Positions 1 to 9,199 of a DNA stretch of 64,000 nt are shown in pieces. A program made the position numbers and the translations under genes. Each line of letters opens with the position of its first letter. The first letter of the stretch is position 1. The stretch lies in the NCBI GenBank assembly GCA_024233345.1, contig JACKPT010000015.1, positions 3,386 to 67,385 on the forward strand, read 5' to 3'. The notes under the pieces are model-generated. The model saw nothing but the letters and a program-made list of their open reading frames with translations, did not search any database and had not been told where the DNA came from. The stretch is from Verrucomicrobiota bacterium (GTDB lineage: Bacteria > Verrucomicrobiota > Kiritimatiellia > CAIVKH01).

Positions 1-480
1 CAACAGTTGACCGAGCCCCGGGAGGTCCTTGACCGCGACATACATCTCCGTCATTGCGGTTTTGTCTCCGGCAAAATCCAACTGCGCGATGAAGTACATC
101 CGCTCGTAGACCGTGCCGGACACGTCCAGCCTCACCCGGCGGAATTCCACCCCGCTGTCGATCCCGTCGATCGCTTCATCCAACGCATCATCGACCTGCA
201 CCACCTGGGCCCAATCCTGTTGCACCCGGCCGCCCAGCCTGACCTGAAGGGTTTTGTCCTGGCTTCGGAACAGCAGACCTTTATCCCACAAAATCTGAAG
301 TTCGCTCTCGGCAGGCGCTGAACGTTGCTGCTGTTCGATGGCTGCAAGCCGTTGGTTGAGGGCATCGATTTCCGCGCGCAGGGAATCCGCCTCTTGTTCG
401 CCATACAACGGGGAGGCGGGAAAAGACAGGACTAGGGCGGTGGCAAACAGGGCGGTGAGGGATCCTCGGTTCATGGTCAT
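1..480 (-). CDS. Phosphate-selective porin O/P family protein, N-terminal part (3' end runs off the window start)
   Basis: Absent from the ORF track because there is no stop in the window. My reverse-complement translation from the ATG at 480-478 gives MTMNRGSLTALFATALVLSFPASPLYGEQEADSLRAEIDALNQRLAAIEQQQ...LQILWDKGLLFRSQDKTLQVRLGGRVQQDW. This reads as a signal peptide, a short coiled coil, then a GGR-x-Q-x-D barrel start typical of Porin_O_P. The frame stays open to position 1. Confidence 0.6.
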   Translation of the reverse strand, partial: MTMNRGSLTALFATALVLSFPASPLYGEQEADSLRAEIDALNQRLAAIEQQQRSAPAESELQILWDKGLLFRSQDKTLQVRLGGRVQQDWAQVVQVDDALDEAIDGIDSGVEFRRVRLDVSGTVYERMYFIAQLDFAGDKTAMTEMYVAVKDLPGLGQLL

Positions 481-727
481 TCCTGATGATTTCATTCGTT
501 GGTCGGTTCGATGGTTTCTTGTTCAATGGATTTGCAGGCTGAATTATCGGGACCGATGGGAGAGATGCAATCCTCCCGCTTCCTGAATCAACCATCGGGC
601 ATACCATGATGTGAAACCCGAAGATTCCAATGTTTCTATGAATTTGCTGGTGCTTTCCGGGTACTTTGTGTGATGGGGCGAGTGAGGCTCGTGCGTGTGA
701 AAGCCACAGTCCGTTCTTGATCCTGCT

Positions 728-750
728 TGTCATATTTGATCAAATGTCAT
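728..750. promoter_or_regulatory. Candidate operator: AT-rich palindrome atttgatcaaat flanked by direct tgtcat hexamers
   Basis: The sequence tgtcatatttgatcaaatgtcat lies in the ~350-bp divergent intergenic region between the porin gene (start 480, minus) and the FGE-family gene (start 832, plus). There is a perfect 12-bp palindrome at 734-745, with tgtcat at 728-733 and 745-750. Confidence 0.3.
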
Positions 751-831
751 CGGAACGATCCCCGCTGGCCAATCCGGGGGGACGGCCTGGCCTGAAGGGT
801 TAAACGTTTCGATCAAGTTTTGTTGTCGGTC

Positions 832-1689
832 ATGAGTAAAAGGTTTCCATGGAAAAGAGCGAGCTGGGTGGGCTGGGTGGCCCTTGCGGTAGGCGCTCTG
901 CTTCTCGCCGGGTGTCTGCTTGGTGAAAATGGGATGAAGCGATTTCAGAAGCCTTCCGATGAGGTCTCGATCCGGGAGGACACCCATGCACCGGTTTGGC
1001 AGAATTCGCTGGGGATGGTGTTTCGTCCGGTACCTGAGCACCGCGCCCAGATGTGCATCTGGGAGGCCCGGATCATGGATTTTGCGGCATTTGTTGCCGA
1101 TACCGGGTACGACGCGACCCAGGGTGCATGGACTTATGTGGATGATCAGTGGGTGCAACAAGGCTACTGCTGGTCCAACACCGGCTATCGAGTGACCTCC
1201 CAACATCCGGTCTGCGCGATATCCTGGGATGATGCGATGGCCTTTTGCGCCTGGTTGACTGAGCGCGAACGGGCGGATGGCTCGATTACCGGGGGGCAGC
1301 GCTATCGATTACCCACCGAGCAGGAATGGGCGGCCGCTGCGGGGATTCCCCTCAACCATGTCCGGTCCGAACTGCCTCCGGACGTGAAGAAAAGTCTCTA
1401 TCTGGGCAATTTTCACTGGCTGTTGGGAGTGGACCCATTTGAGTTCACCGCTCCGGTGGGGAGCTTCATGCCGAATCCCTACGGCTTTCATGACATGGCG
1501 GGTAATGTCTGGGAGTATTGTTTGGATGATGCGGGCGACGGCACCCGGGTTATCCGGGGCGGGGCCTGGTTGAATCGGAGTGACTATTATGCCACCGCGT
1601 CCGCTCGAGGACGCAGCCGGGAGAACATCCGCTCGGTTCTCTATGGATTTCGCGTGGTCCTGGGGCAGGTAAACACCGAGTTCGAGTGA
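832..1689 (+). CDS. FGE-sulfatase (SUMF1/EgtB/PvdO) family protein, probable lipoprotein
   Basis: Motifs YRLPTEQEWAAAAG, NPYGFHDMAGNVWEYCLDD, RGGAWLN and LYGFRVVL. The N-terminus has an LLAGC lipobox. The track ORF starts at TTG 820; the in-frame ATG 832 (MSKRFPWKR) is more likely. Confidence 0.8.
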   Translation: MSKRFPWKRASWVGWVALAVGALLLAGCLLGENGMKRFQKPSDEVSIREDTHAPVWQNSLGMVFRPVPEHRAQMCIWEARIMDFAAFVADTGYDATQGAWTYVDDQWVQQGYCWSNTGYRVTSQHPVCAISWDDAMAFCAWLTERERADGSITGGQRYRLPTEQEWAAAAGIPLNHVRSELPPDVKKSLYLGNFHWLLGVDPFEFTAPVGSFMPNPYGFHDMAGNVWEYCLDDAGDGTRVIRGGAWLNRSDYYATASARGRSRENIRSVLYGFRVVLGQVNTEFE

Positions 1690-1833
1690 GGACTTTCCGC
1701 GGGTTCTGGCTCAGCAAATTTGAGGCTTTGATCCTCGTTCTCGCAAGGCTGTGAGGCCGTCTCTCTGATCCTGGCCATGGCTCTGCGGCTCTTCTAATCC
1801 ATCCGTCGAAGGTTGGCACGATGCCTGCTTTGA

Positions 1834-2778
1834 ATGGAATCCGTGAAGAGGAATCTGGATATCGTGGATAAGCACTCGCTGCGCCGGTTGAAGCGGCTCT
1901 CCCTGCCTGGCCATGTCGTCGGGGTGGGTATGTTTCTCCTGGTGGTTCTCGGTTCGTTCCTCGGCGTCTCCGCATATAACCGATCCGGCAATCCAGGGCC
2001 GTGGAAGGTTTTTTCGAACTACGGCACGGAGACCCTATCCGGTGCATGGGAGAACTCGATCGGGATGCGCTTCCGGCCCTTGCCCGGGCATGGTGCGGTG
2101 ATGAGCATTTGGGAAACCCGGATGTCGGACTTCGAGCGGTTCGTTGCGGAGACGGAATACGATGCGACGGGCGATGCCTGGGCCTATCAGGATAACCACT
2201 GGTACCAAAGCGTCTACTCTTGGTCCAATACCGGGTATGAGGTCACGATGGATCACCCGGTTTGTTCGATCTCATGGCGCGATGCCATGACCTTTTGCGC
2301 CTGGCTCACCCGGAAAGAGCGGGCCTCGGGAGCGATATCTCCAAACCAACACTACCGGCTCCCCACCGAAGAGGAGTGGTCGACGGCGGTTGGCGTTGAC
2401 GCTGGCCAGGGGACACCGGGGTTGAGTCCGAGCCTGCTGGAGCGGCTGAAGATCGGGAACTATCGCGATACCCTGCTGATTGATGACTATGCCTTCACCT
2501 CGCCAGTGGGAAGTTTCTCACCCAATGCCCTGGGGTTCTATGACCTGGGGGGGAATGTCTGGGAATATTGCCTGGATCAGGATGCCGCGCAGAATCGGGT
2601 CATTCGTGGTGGTTCATGGCTGAACCACGGGGTGAACTATTCTCGAGCCACGGCCCGGGCCCGGGTTCGTGAAACCGTGCGCTCGTGCCTGTACGGGTTC
2701 CGGGTGGTTCTGGATGAAAGCCCCGGCCTGTTGTCCCGCCACGATACCCCGGAGCGGGAACCAACCCCCGGGAGCTGA
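1834..2778 (+). CDS. FGE-sulfatase (SUMF1/EgtB/PvdO) family protein, paralog of the preceding gene
   Basis: Same motif set (YRLPTEEEWSTAVG, NALGFYDLGGNVWEYCLD, RGGSWLN, LYGFRVVL). It is collinear with 832-1689 and has an N-terminal membrane anchor, GMFLLVVLGSFLGV. Confidence 0.8.
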   Translation: MESVKRNLDIVDKHSLRRLKRLSLPGHVVGVGMFLLVVLGSFLGVSAYNRSGNPGPWKVFSNYGTETLSGAWENSIGMRFRPLPGHGAVMSIWETRMSDFERFVAETEYDATGDAWAYQDNHWYQSVYSWSNTGYEVTMDHPVCSISWRDAMTFCAWLTRKERASGAISPNQHYRLPTEEEWSTAVGVDAGQGTPGLSPSLLERLKIGNYRDTLLIDDYAFTSPVGSFSPNALGFYDLGGNVWEYCLDQDAAQNRVIRGGSWLNHGVNYSRATARARVRETVRSCLYGFRVVLDESPGLLSRHDTPEREPTPGS

Positions 2779-2793
2779 ACACTCCCGCCGGTC

Positions 2794-3897
2794 TCACCCA
2801 GTTGTTTTTTTGTTTCTCGCGGTGCCCTGCTTGTAGAAGGGAAGGGTGACCACAACACACGGCAATCGCTTGCCGCGCAGGTCAACCTCCAGCCGGGTAC
2901 CCGGTTCACAAAGCCCGGCATCCAGATAGGCGAGAGCGATGGCATGGCCCAGGCTGGGGGCAAGGGAACCGCTGGTGACGACACCGACTTCCCCGGCGTC
3001 GGTAAATAGTCGATCCCCATCGCGGGCGGCCCGTTTGCCGTCCAGAGCAATCGCCGCCAGATAGCGGGGTACGCCGTCCGAAAGCTCCCGCAGGACTGTG
3101 GCCTTGCCAATGAACGCCTTGTCGCGAGCGATAAAGTTTCCGCGGGCGGCCGCCACCGGTGACTGTGTTTCACGCAATTCGTGGCCGTATAGTGGATAGC
3201 CCACTTCCAGCCGCAGGGTGTCGCGGGCGCCCAGACCCGCAGGTTGAATGCCCGACTCCAGAAACAACCGCCAGAATGAAACCGCCTCGGCCGCGGGAAA
3301 GTACAACTCGTATCCCCACTCCCCGGTGTAGCCGGTGCGGCTCAACAGGCAGTCAATACCCATCACCCGGATGGGCTCGCTGTAAAAATAGGGGAGATCC
3401 GGCAGGGCGGCACCGATGGCCTTTTCGATGCCCTGCCGGGAGGTCGGACCCTGAATGTCCAGCTTGGCGATCCGGGAGGAGATGTCTTCGAATTCGGTTT
3501 CTTCGGAGAGGTGAACCCGGATCCAATCCGCATCCCGGCCGGCGGTGGCCGCATTGACCACCAGCCAGTAATGTTCATCATCAAACTTGTAGCAGGTCAG
3601 GTCGTCGAGCACGCCGCCATCATCGCGGAGGAGATAGCCATACCGGCATTGTCCCGGTTTCAGTGTGGAGACCGACAGTGTGAGCAGGCGTTCCAGATCC
3701 GCGGTTGCGGTGGGGCCTTTGACCTCCAGCTCGCCCATATGGCAGATGTCAAACATCGTGGAGGCGGTCCGGGTTGCCTCGTGTTCGGGCAGAATGCCCC
3801 GGTATTGAATGGGCATCTCCCATCCGCCAAAAGGCGCCATTTTGGCGCCCAACCTGACATGCTCTTCATAGAGTGGGGTTCGTTGAACAGGGATCAT
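2794..3897 (-). CDS. gcvT: Glycine cleavage system aminomethyltransferase T
   Basis: 367 aa. The N-terminus RTPLYEEHVRLGAKMAPFGGWEMPIQY...FDICHMGELEVKG is the classic GcvT signature. Confidence 0.92.
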   Translation of the reverse strand: MIPVQRTPLYEEHVRLGAKMAPFGGWEMPIQYRGILPEHEATRTASTMFDICHMGELEVKGPTATADLERLLTLSVSTLKPGQCRYGYLLRDDGGVLDDLTCYKFDDEHYWLVVNAATAGRDADWIRVHLSEETEFEDISSRIAKLDIQGPTSRQGIEKAIGAALPDLPYFYSEPIRVMGIDCLLSRTGYTGEWGYELYFPAAEAVSFWRLFLESGIQPAGLGARDTLRLEVGYPLYGHELRETQSPVAAARGNFIARDKAFIGKATVLRELSDGVPRYLAAIALDGKRAARDGDRLFTDAGEVGVVTSGSLAPSLGHAIALAYLDAGLCEPGTRLEVDLRGKRLPCVVVTLPFYKQGTARNKKTTG

Positions 3898-3992
3898 GGT
3901 ATGTTCTTTCTTCTTTTTTCGTCGCTGTGGAAATTGACCTTACCCGCTGATTCTGGTCCCATCAGCGTGATGGACAAGATGGTATTGATCCG

Positions 3993-4949
3993 ATGAAAAG
4001 TCTAGGCACAACTCAAGCCGTCGCGGCCCTTCGGTCCGGGTGGTGGCGTTGGCTGACCATTCCCGGTGATTTGCTGGTCGGGGCCCTGTGGGTCGGGATG
4101 CCACTGGCCAATCCGCGCAGTTTGGCCGCCTGTCTGATTGCTGCGACCCTCCTGCAAGTTGCCAGGGGATGGTTGCAATCCTGGGCTGGTCATTACATGG
4201 AGCGAACGCCGCAATCGCTGGACCGGCAAGGACGTGCAAGGGGGTATCGTGTCCAGTTGTGGTTGTCCGTGGTCTTGAGCCTGATCGCGCTGGGGATCCT
4301 CCATGAGTTTGCCACGGTGGCGGGCCGGGCAATGGGATTCATGCAACTCGGGGTGATCTTGGTTTTTATCGGGCTGTCCTTTCGATCGTCTGCGGGAGCG
4401 ATTGTCACCATGACCCTGTCGCGCATCGTCTCGGTGCTATGGGGGGCCGCTTCGCTTCTGGATCCGCTGCTCGCGATACCGGCGGGTGCGGTTTATGCCG
4501 CCTGCGCGGTGGGGATTTATGCGGGTGCGGTTTATGCGATGGAGATTCAGGAAGGCAAGCCGGTCCCGTTGCTGGGGTTGTGGATGCCTGCCCTCGGAGC
4601 GGGACTGTCGATGGCGGTGATGGGAAGAGCGGTGATCGATTCGCCGCACCTGGCCCGGTTTCTTGCGGTGATGGCGCTGGTGATCGGCTCTGCCCTGATG
4701 GTGATGCCGGCTGCCCGCATGCCCGGCCCCGGTAAACGGGGACCGGGGATATTGCGATGGATCCCTGTCTCTCGCCGGGAAGCACTGGCCTGGTGGTGGA
4801 GCCTGATCCTGCCATTGCAGGCCGCTCTGGCCATCGCCGCCGGACCAACCCCATGGAACCTGCTGGTCGGATTGGTGCTGCTCATCGCGTCTCCGGCCGT
4901 TTATGTCCTCGCCCGGCGAGGTTCGACGGATGTAGACTTCCCCACGTAA
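3993..4949 (+). CDS. Polytopic inner-membrane protein, function unknown
   Basis: 318 aa, with about 8 hydrophobic segments rich in A/L/G/V. I recognise no catalytic motif. Confidence 0.5.
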   Translation: MKSLGTTQAVAALRSGWWRWLTIPGDLLVGALWVGMPLANPRSLAACLIAATLLQVARGWLQSWAGHYMERTPQSLDRQGRARGYRVQLWLSVVLSLIALGILHEFATVAGRAMGFMQLGVILVFIGLSFRSSAGAIVTMTLSRIVSVLWGAASLLDPLLAIPAGAVYAACAVGIYAGAVYAMEIQEGKPVPLLGLWMPALGAGLSMAVMGRAVIDSPHLARFLAVMALVIGSALMVMPAARMPGPGKRGPGILRWIPVSRREALAWWWSLILPLQAALAIAAGPTPWNLLVGLVLLIASPAVYVLARRGSTDVDFPT

Positions 4950-4977
4950 TCCCCATCAACCCGAAAGGAGTCCGGAT

Positions 4978-5226
4978 ATGGAAGTGGAATCACTGCGGCA
5001 ATTTTTTCTCTGGTGCACCATCCTGAATGGCGGCCTCCTGATCCTGTACGCCCTGATCGGTGTGACTGGCGGCGGTTGGATTTACCGGGCACATCACCGG
5101 TGGTTTCCGATCTCCCGCGAGGCCTTCGATGTGATCCTCTATTCGTTCCTCGGGTTGTATAAGTTGCTGTTCATCATGTTCTGCCTGGTGCCATACCTTG
5201 CCCTGTCGCTTCTGTCGTCGCGCTGA
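4978..5226 (+). CDS. Small membrane protein (2-3 TM), function unknown
   Basis: 82 aa, with hydrophobic helices ILNGGLLILYALIGV and LYKLLFIMFCLVPYLALSLL. A GGAG motif lies upstream of the ATG. Confidence 0.45.
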   Translation: MEVESLRQFFLWCTILNGGLLILYALIGVTGGGWIYRAHHRWFPISREAFDVILYSFLGLYKLLFIMFCLVPYLALSLLSSR

Positions 5227-5310
5227 GCCGATCCCGCCACTTTCTCATGGACATTTCATAGCGGGGTGGGTACGACTACGCGCTCACAACTGATGGCAGG
5301 AGTCGTACCT

Positions 5311-6843
5311 ATGATGTTTCCACGAGAGAGCGGAATTCTATTGCACCCCACATCCCTTCCCGGTCCTTACGGCATCGGGGATATCGGGCCGAGCGCCTAC
5401 GCGTTTGTCGATCAACTCGTGGCCATGGGCCAGCGGCTGTGGCAAATCCTCCCCCATGGCCTGACCGGTTATGGCGACTCTCCCTACCAGTCCTTCTCAA
5501 CCTTTGCCGGCAATCCCATGCTGCTCAGTCCCGACAAATTGGTGGAGGACGGGTTGCTCAAACCGGGCCAGCTCGCCAAGTACCCCACCTTTCCCACCGC
5601 GTTTGTGGACTATGGTCCGGTGATCGATGCCAAGGAAGTCTTGTTCGACAAGGTGTGCCGCAATTTCGATGCCGCCGCCTCCGAGCAGATGAAAGGGGAC
5701 TTCGAGATCTTCTGCGCCAAGAATGCGGACTGGTTGGAGGAATTTTCGTTGTTTATGGCGCTCAAGAAGGCCCACGACCTCGAGCCGTGGCCGACCTGGG
5801 AGCCGGAGCTGGTCGAACGCGATCTCAAGGCCATCCGGGATGCCCGCCAGAAGTATCGCACCGCCATTCGAAACGCGAAAATTCTTCAGTATCTGTTCGA
5901 CCGTCAATGGAAGCAATTGCGGTCCTACTGTCACCAGCATGGGGTCAAGATCATCGGAGACATTCCGATTTTTGTTGCCCACGATAGCGCGGATGCCTGG
6001 GCCAGCCCGGAATTATTTTATCTGGAGGAAGATGGCCAGCCCACGGTGGTGGCGGGAGTGCCCCCGGATTATTTCAGTGCCACCGGCCAATTGTGGGGGA
6101 ACCCCCTGTACCGCTGGGACTATCACAAAAAGACCGGTTATGCCTGGTGGGCCCGACGGATGCGTAAAATCTTTGAGATGGTGGACATTGTCCGGATCGA
6201 CCATTTCCGGGGGTTTGAAGCCTATTGGGAAATTCCTGGTGGTGCGGAGACCGCCATTGATGGCCGTTGGGTCAAGGGACCCGGGCCGGACCTGTTTACG
6301 GTGTTGAAGGCCAAGCTGGGTGACCTGCCGGTGATTGCCGAGGATCTCGGGGTGATTACCGACGAGGTGGAGGCGCTGCGTGACCAATTTGAATTTCCGG
6401 GGATGCGCATCCTGCAGTTCGCATTCGGCAATGATGACAAGGCCGAGGATTACCGTCCCCACAATTATCCCCCGAACTGTGTGGTGTACACGGGAACGCA
6501 TGACAACGATACCACGGTGGGATGGTTCAACAGCACCCCCGGCAACACCACCCGTACGGCTGAGGATATCGAACAGGAACGCCGGACCGTGCTGGACTAC
6601 ACCCAGACGATTGGCGACCAGATTCAGTGGGATATGATGGGGTTGGCCACCCGATCCAAGGCGAATACGGTGGTCTTTCCGATGCAGGATGTCATGGGAT
6701 TGGGAACCGAGGCCCGTATGAATGTTCCCGGTACCAAGAGCGGCAACTGGCGGTGGCGCTATACCGAAGAGATGCTGACCCCGGAGCTGATTCAGCGTTT
6801 GCGCGAACTCACCGCCGACGGCGGGCGCCTTCACGCGGTCTGA
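5311..6843 (+). CDS. malQ: 4-alpha-glucanotransferase (amylomaltase, GH77)
   Basis: Contains GILLHPTSLPGPYGIGDIG, WGNPLYRW, RIDHFRGF and VYTGTHDNDT. The track ORF begins at 5266; ATG 5311 has an AGGAG 8 nt upstream. Confidence 0.92.
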   Translation: MMFPRESGILLHPTSLPGPYGIGDIGPSAYAFVDQLVAMGQRLWQILPHGLTGYGDSPYQSFSTFAGNPMLLSPDKLVEDGLLKPGQLAKYPTFPTAFVDYGPVIDAKEVLFDKVCRNFDAAASEQMKGDFEIFCAKNADWLEEFSLFMALKKAHDLEPWPTWEPELVERDLKAIRDARQKYRTAIRNAKILQYLFDRQWKQLRSYCHQHGVKIIGDIPIFVAHDSADAWASPELFYLEEDGQPTVVAGVPPDYFSATGQLWGNPLYRWDYHKKTGYAWWARRMRKIFEMVDIVRIDHFRGFEAYWEIPGGAETAIDGRWVKGPGPDLFTVLKAKLGDLPVIAEDLGVITDEVEALRDQFEFPGMRILQFAFGNDDKAEDYRPHNYPPNCVVYTGTHDNDTTVGWFNSTPGNTTRTAEDIEQERRTVLDYTQTIGDQIQWDMMGLATRSKANTVVFPMQDVMGLGTEARMNVPGTKSGNWRWRYTEEMLTPELIQRLRELTADGGRLHAV

Positions 6844-6850
6844 GGCCGGC

Positions 6851-7474
6851 CTAGCCCACCTGCCGATACGCCTGCAGGTCCTGATGCCCCTGGTAGATCA
6901 GGAGGATGGCGCCATCCACTGCGGTGGCCTCAAACAGATCCTCCACCATCTGGGCTTCTCCCGGCCAGGGGTAGACAAAGACCAGATCGAAATCAGAGAC
7001 CTCGATCCCTTCCCGGTCATACACCGGATTGGAGGAGCCATCCGCCACCAGTTGCCGTGAATCGCCCACTGAATCGTAGTAGAGTCCATACCCGGTAGGC
7101 AGATAACTGCCGGTGAGGAGCAGGCAATCGATTTCGAAGTCCTGGAGCAGGCCCTTTGATGCGGCAATCAAATCCGGCTCAATCTCGATACCGGTTGCCG
7201 TCAATCCCTCCATCACTGCCAGGCCGGTGACCACCCCGAATCCGCTGCCCCACTCACAAAAATTCGCCCCGGTGAGCAAGTCGCCGCCGGCCAGATACTG
7301 TAGGGCGGCATAGACCGCCCGGTAATCGCTGGGGATAAAATGGCGGATGGGACGGTTTGCCCGCGCGATGCGAAAGGCCTCAATACGGCTCTCCGCCTCC
7401 CGGATAAAGGTTTCGGCGGCGGTTCCGGTGACCGTTGGGTCCAAGTCCGGCAACAGGATGGGTTCGAGCGGCAT
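6851..7474 (-). CDS. Class I SAM-dependent methyltransferase-like protein
   Basis: 207 aa. FCEWGSGFGVVTG resembles methyltransferase motif I. It is convergent with malQ. Confidence 0.45.
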   Translation of the reverse strand: MPLEPILLPDLDPTVTGTAAETFIREAESRIEAFRIARANRPIRHFIPSDYRAVYAALQYLAGGDLLTGANFCEWGSGFGVVTGLAVMEGLTATGIEIEPDLIAASKGLLQDFEIDCLLLTGSYLPTGYGLYYDSVGDSRQLVADGSSNPVYDREGIEVSDFDLVFVYPWPGEAQMVEDLFEATAVDGAILLIYQGHQDLQAYRQVG

Positions 7475-7609
7475 GACGTTATCCTACACGCATCGGGGCG
7501 CAGAAAAAAGGCCGGAACGGAAAGGGATGCCGGGAAACGGGTCCGGGGTGGGCAGTGATGATGTGGAGAATCGGATTGTCCTTCCCCCGGCATCAAGGAA
7601 TAGTATCGC

Positions 7610-9199
7610 ATGATGAGCACCCAACATACGCAGGAGGCGTCGCCCGCCCCGGAAGCCCGCACACCCTTGCCCCGGGTATCCGCGGAAGCCCCCTTTACCG
7701 CGGTGATCTTCGGAGCTTCCGGAGACCTCACCCGTCGAAAACTGGTGCCGGGTTTGTACGCTTTGTATCGGGATGGTTTTTTGCCTGACCGATTCACCAT
7801 CGTGGGGGTGGCCCGTCGCGAGCTGGATGATCAGGCCTTTCGCAACCAGATGGCGGAGGCGATTCGCGAGCACAGCCGGATCGAGGTGACCGAGGATACC
7901 CTGGCGACATTTCTGGGGCGGATCCGCTACCATGTCAGTCATCTGGACGAACCGGAATCCTATCGTGCGCTCAATGAGAAGCTCAACGATACCAGCGTCT
8001 ATCCGGCCAACCGTTTGTTTTTCCTGGCCGTCAAGCCGGAGCTGATGAGTCCGGTGGTGCAGGGGCTGGAAACCGGTTCGCTGTTGTATCCGATTCGTGA
8101 CGCCCGGTGGAGCCGGGTGGTGGTGGAGAAACCGTTCGGCCGGGATCTGGCCAGTGCGGTGGCCCTGAATCGCCGCCTCCTTGCCCGGCTCGATGAGTCG
8201 CAGGTGTATCGTATCGACCATTACCTCGGCAAGGAAACCGTCCAGAACATGCTCAGTTTCCGATTTGCCAACACGATTTTTGAACCGCTGTTCAATCAGC
8301 ACTTTGTGGACCATGTCCAGATCACGGTCTCAGAGACGGTGGGGATGGAAAGCGGGCGGGGCGGATATTTTGATGATTCGGGGGTGGTGCGGGACATGGT
8401 CCAGAATCACCTGCTGCAACTGTTGTGCCTGGTGGGAATGGAGCCTCCCAGTGAGCTGACCGCGAGATCGATTCACGATCAGAAAGTGCAACTCCTGCGT
8501 TCGGTGGTTCCCTTCACCCCGGATCGGATTGTCCGGGATGCGGTCCGGGGTCAATACCAGTCAGGGTTGCTCGATGGCGAGCCCGTGCCCGGCTACCGGG
8601 AAGAGGACCGGGTGGATCCCGACTCCGACACCGCCGCTTATTGCGCGCTGCGGATGGAGATTGGCAACTGGCGCTGGAGCGGGGTGCCGTTCTATTTGCG
8701 CACCGGTAAACGGCTGGCCCGCCGGGTATCGGAAATCGCGGTCCAATTCAAAACGCCGCCCCTGCAATTGTTCCAGACCGTGGAATGCGATGGCGATGTC
8801 TGCGACCTGACCCGGGCCAAACCCAATGTCCTGGTATTCCGGCTTCAACCCGATGAAGGCATCTCGCTCCAGGTATCGGCCAAGCGCCCGGCCATGCAGT
8901 TGATGGTGGAAAATGTCCGTATGCATTTTGGCTATCAGGACACCTGGCATAAATCACTTCCCGAAGCCTATGAACGGCTGCTCCTCGATGTCATGCGGGG
9001 GGATGCGACTTTATTCACCCGGTCGGATGAAGTGGAGGCGATGTGGAGCATTGTCGATCCGATCCTGCATGCCTGGGAGGGCCATCGCAAGGCTTACCCC
9101 ATTGCCGGATACGCGCCGGGTAGCTGGGGTCCCGCAGAAGCGGATGCCCTGTTGCAACGGGATGGCAGGGCCTGGCGAAATCCGGGAGCGCCCGGATGA
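7610..9199 (+). CDS. zwf: Glucose-6-phosphate 1-dehydrogenase
   Basis: Contains IFGASGDLTRRKL, RIDHYLGKE and the EKPFG motif. 529 aa. Confidence 0.95.
   Translation: MMSTQHTQEASPAPEARTPLPRVSAEAPFTAVIFGASGDLTRRKLVPGLYALYRDGFLPDRFTIVGVARRELDDQAFRNQMAEAIREHSRIEVTEDTLATFLGRIRYHVSHLDEPESYRALNEKLNDTSVYPANRLFFLAVKPELMSPVVQGLETGSLLYPIRDARWSRVVVEKPFGRDLASAVALNRRLLARLDESQVYRIDHYLGKETVQNMLSFRFANTIFEPLFNQHFVDHVQITVSETVGMESGRGGYFDDSGVVRDMVQNHLLQLLCLVGMEPPSELTARSIHDQKVQLLRSVVPFTPDRIVRDAVRGQYQSGLLDGEPVPGYREEDRVDPDSDTAAYCALRMEIGNWRWSGVPFYLRTGKRLARRVSEIAVQFKTPPLQLFQTVECDGDVCDLTRAKPNVLVFRLQPDEGISLQVSAKRPAMQLMVENVRMHFGYQDTWHKSLPEAYERLLLDVMRGDATLFTRSDEVEAMWSIVDPILHAWEGHRKAYPIAGYAPGSWGPAEADALLQRDGRAWRNPGAPG

Noticed and set aside
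7-733. Track ORFs 7-321 (+), 132-404 (-), 281-733 (-) and 338-586 (+) as genes.
   Set aside because: The minus-strand frame ending at ATG 480 gives a coherent signal peptide + coiled coil + porin sequence that stays open to the window edge. The listed ORFs are alternative-frame or antisense products of that gene with low-complexity, Arg/Pro-rich translations.
728-750. Canonical Pho box upstream of the phosphate-porin-like gene.
   Set aside because: The two TGTCAT hexamers start 17 nt apart instead of the 11-nt helical repeat of PhoB boxes. I kept it only as a generic candidate operator.
3898-3992. Glycine riboswitch upstream of gcvT.
   Set aside because: The 95-nt leader, read on the minus strand, lacks the conserved GGAGAG / CACCG / ACUCUGGAGAG-type elements. 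It is also too short for a tandem aptamer. I found only a 5-bp hairpin and a purine-rich ribosome-binding region.
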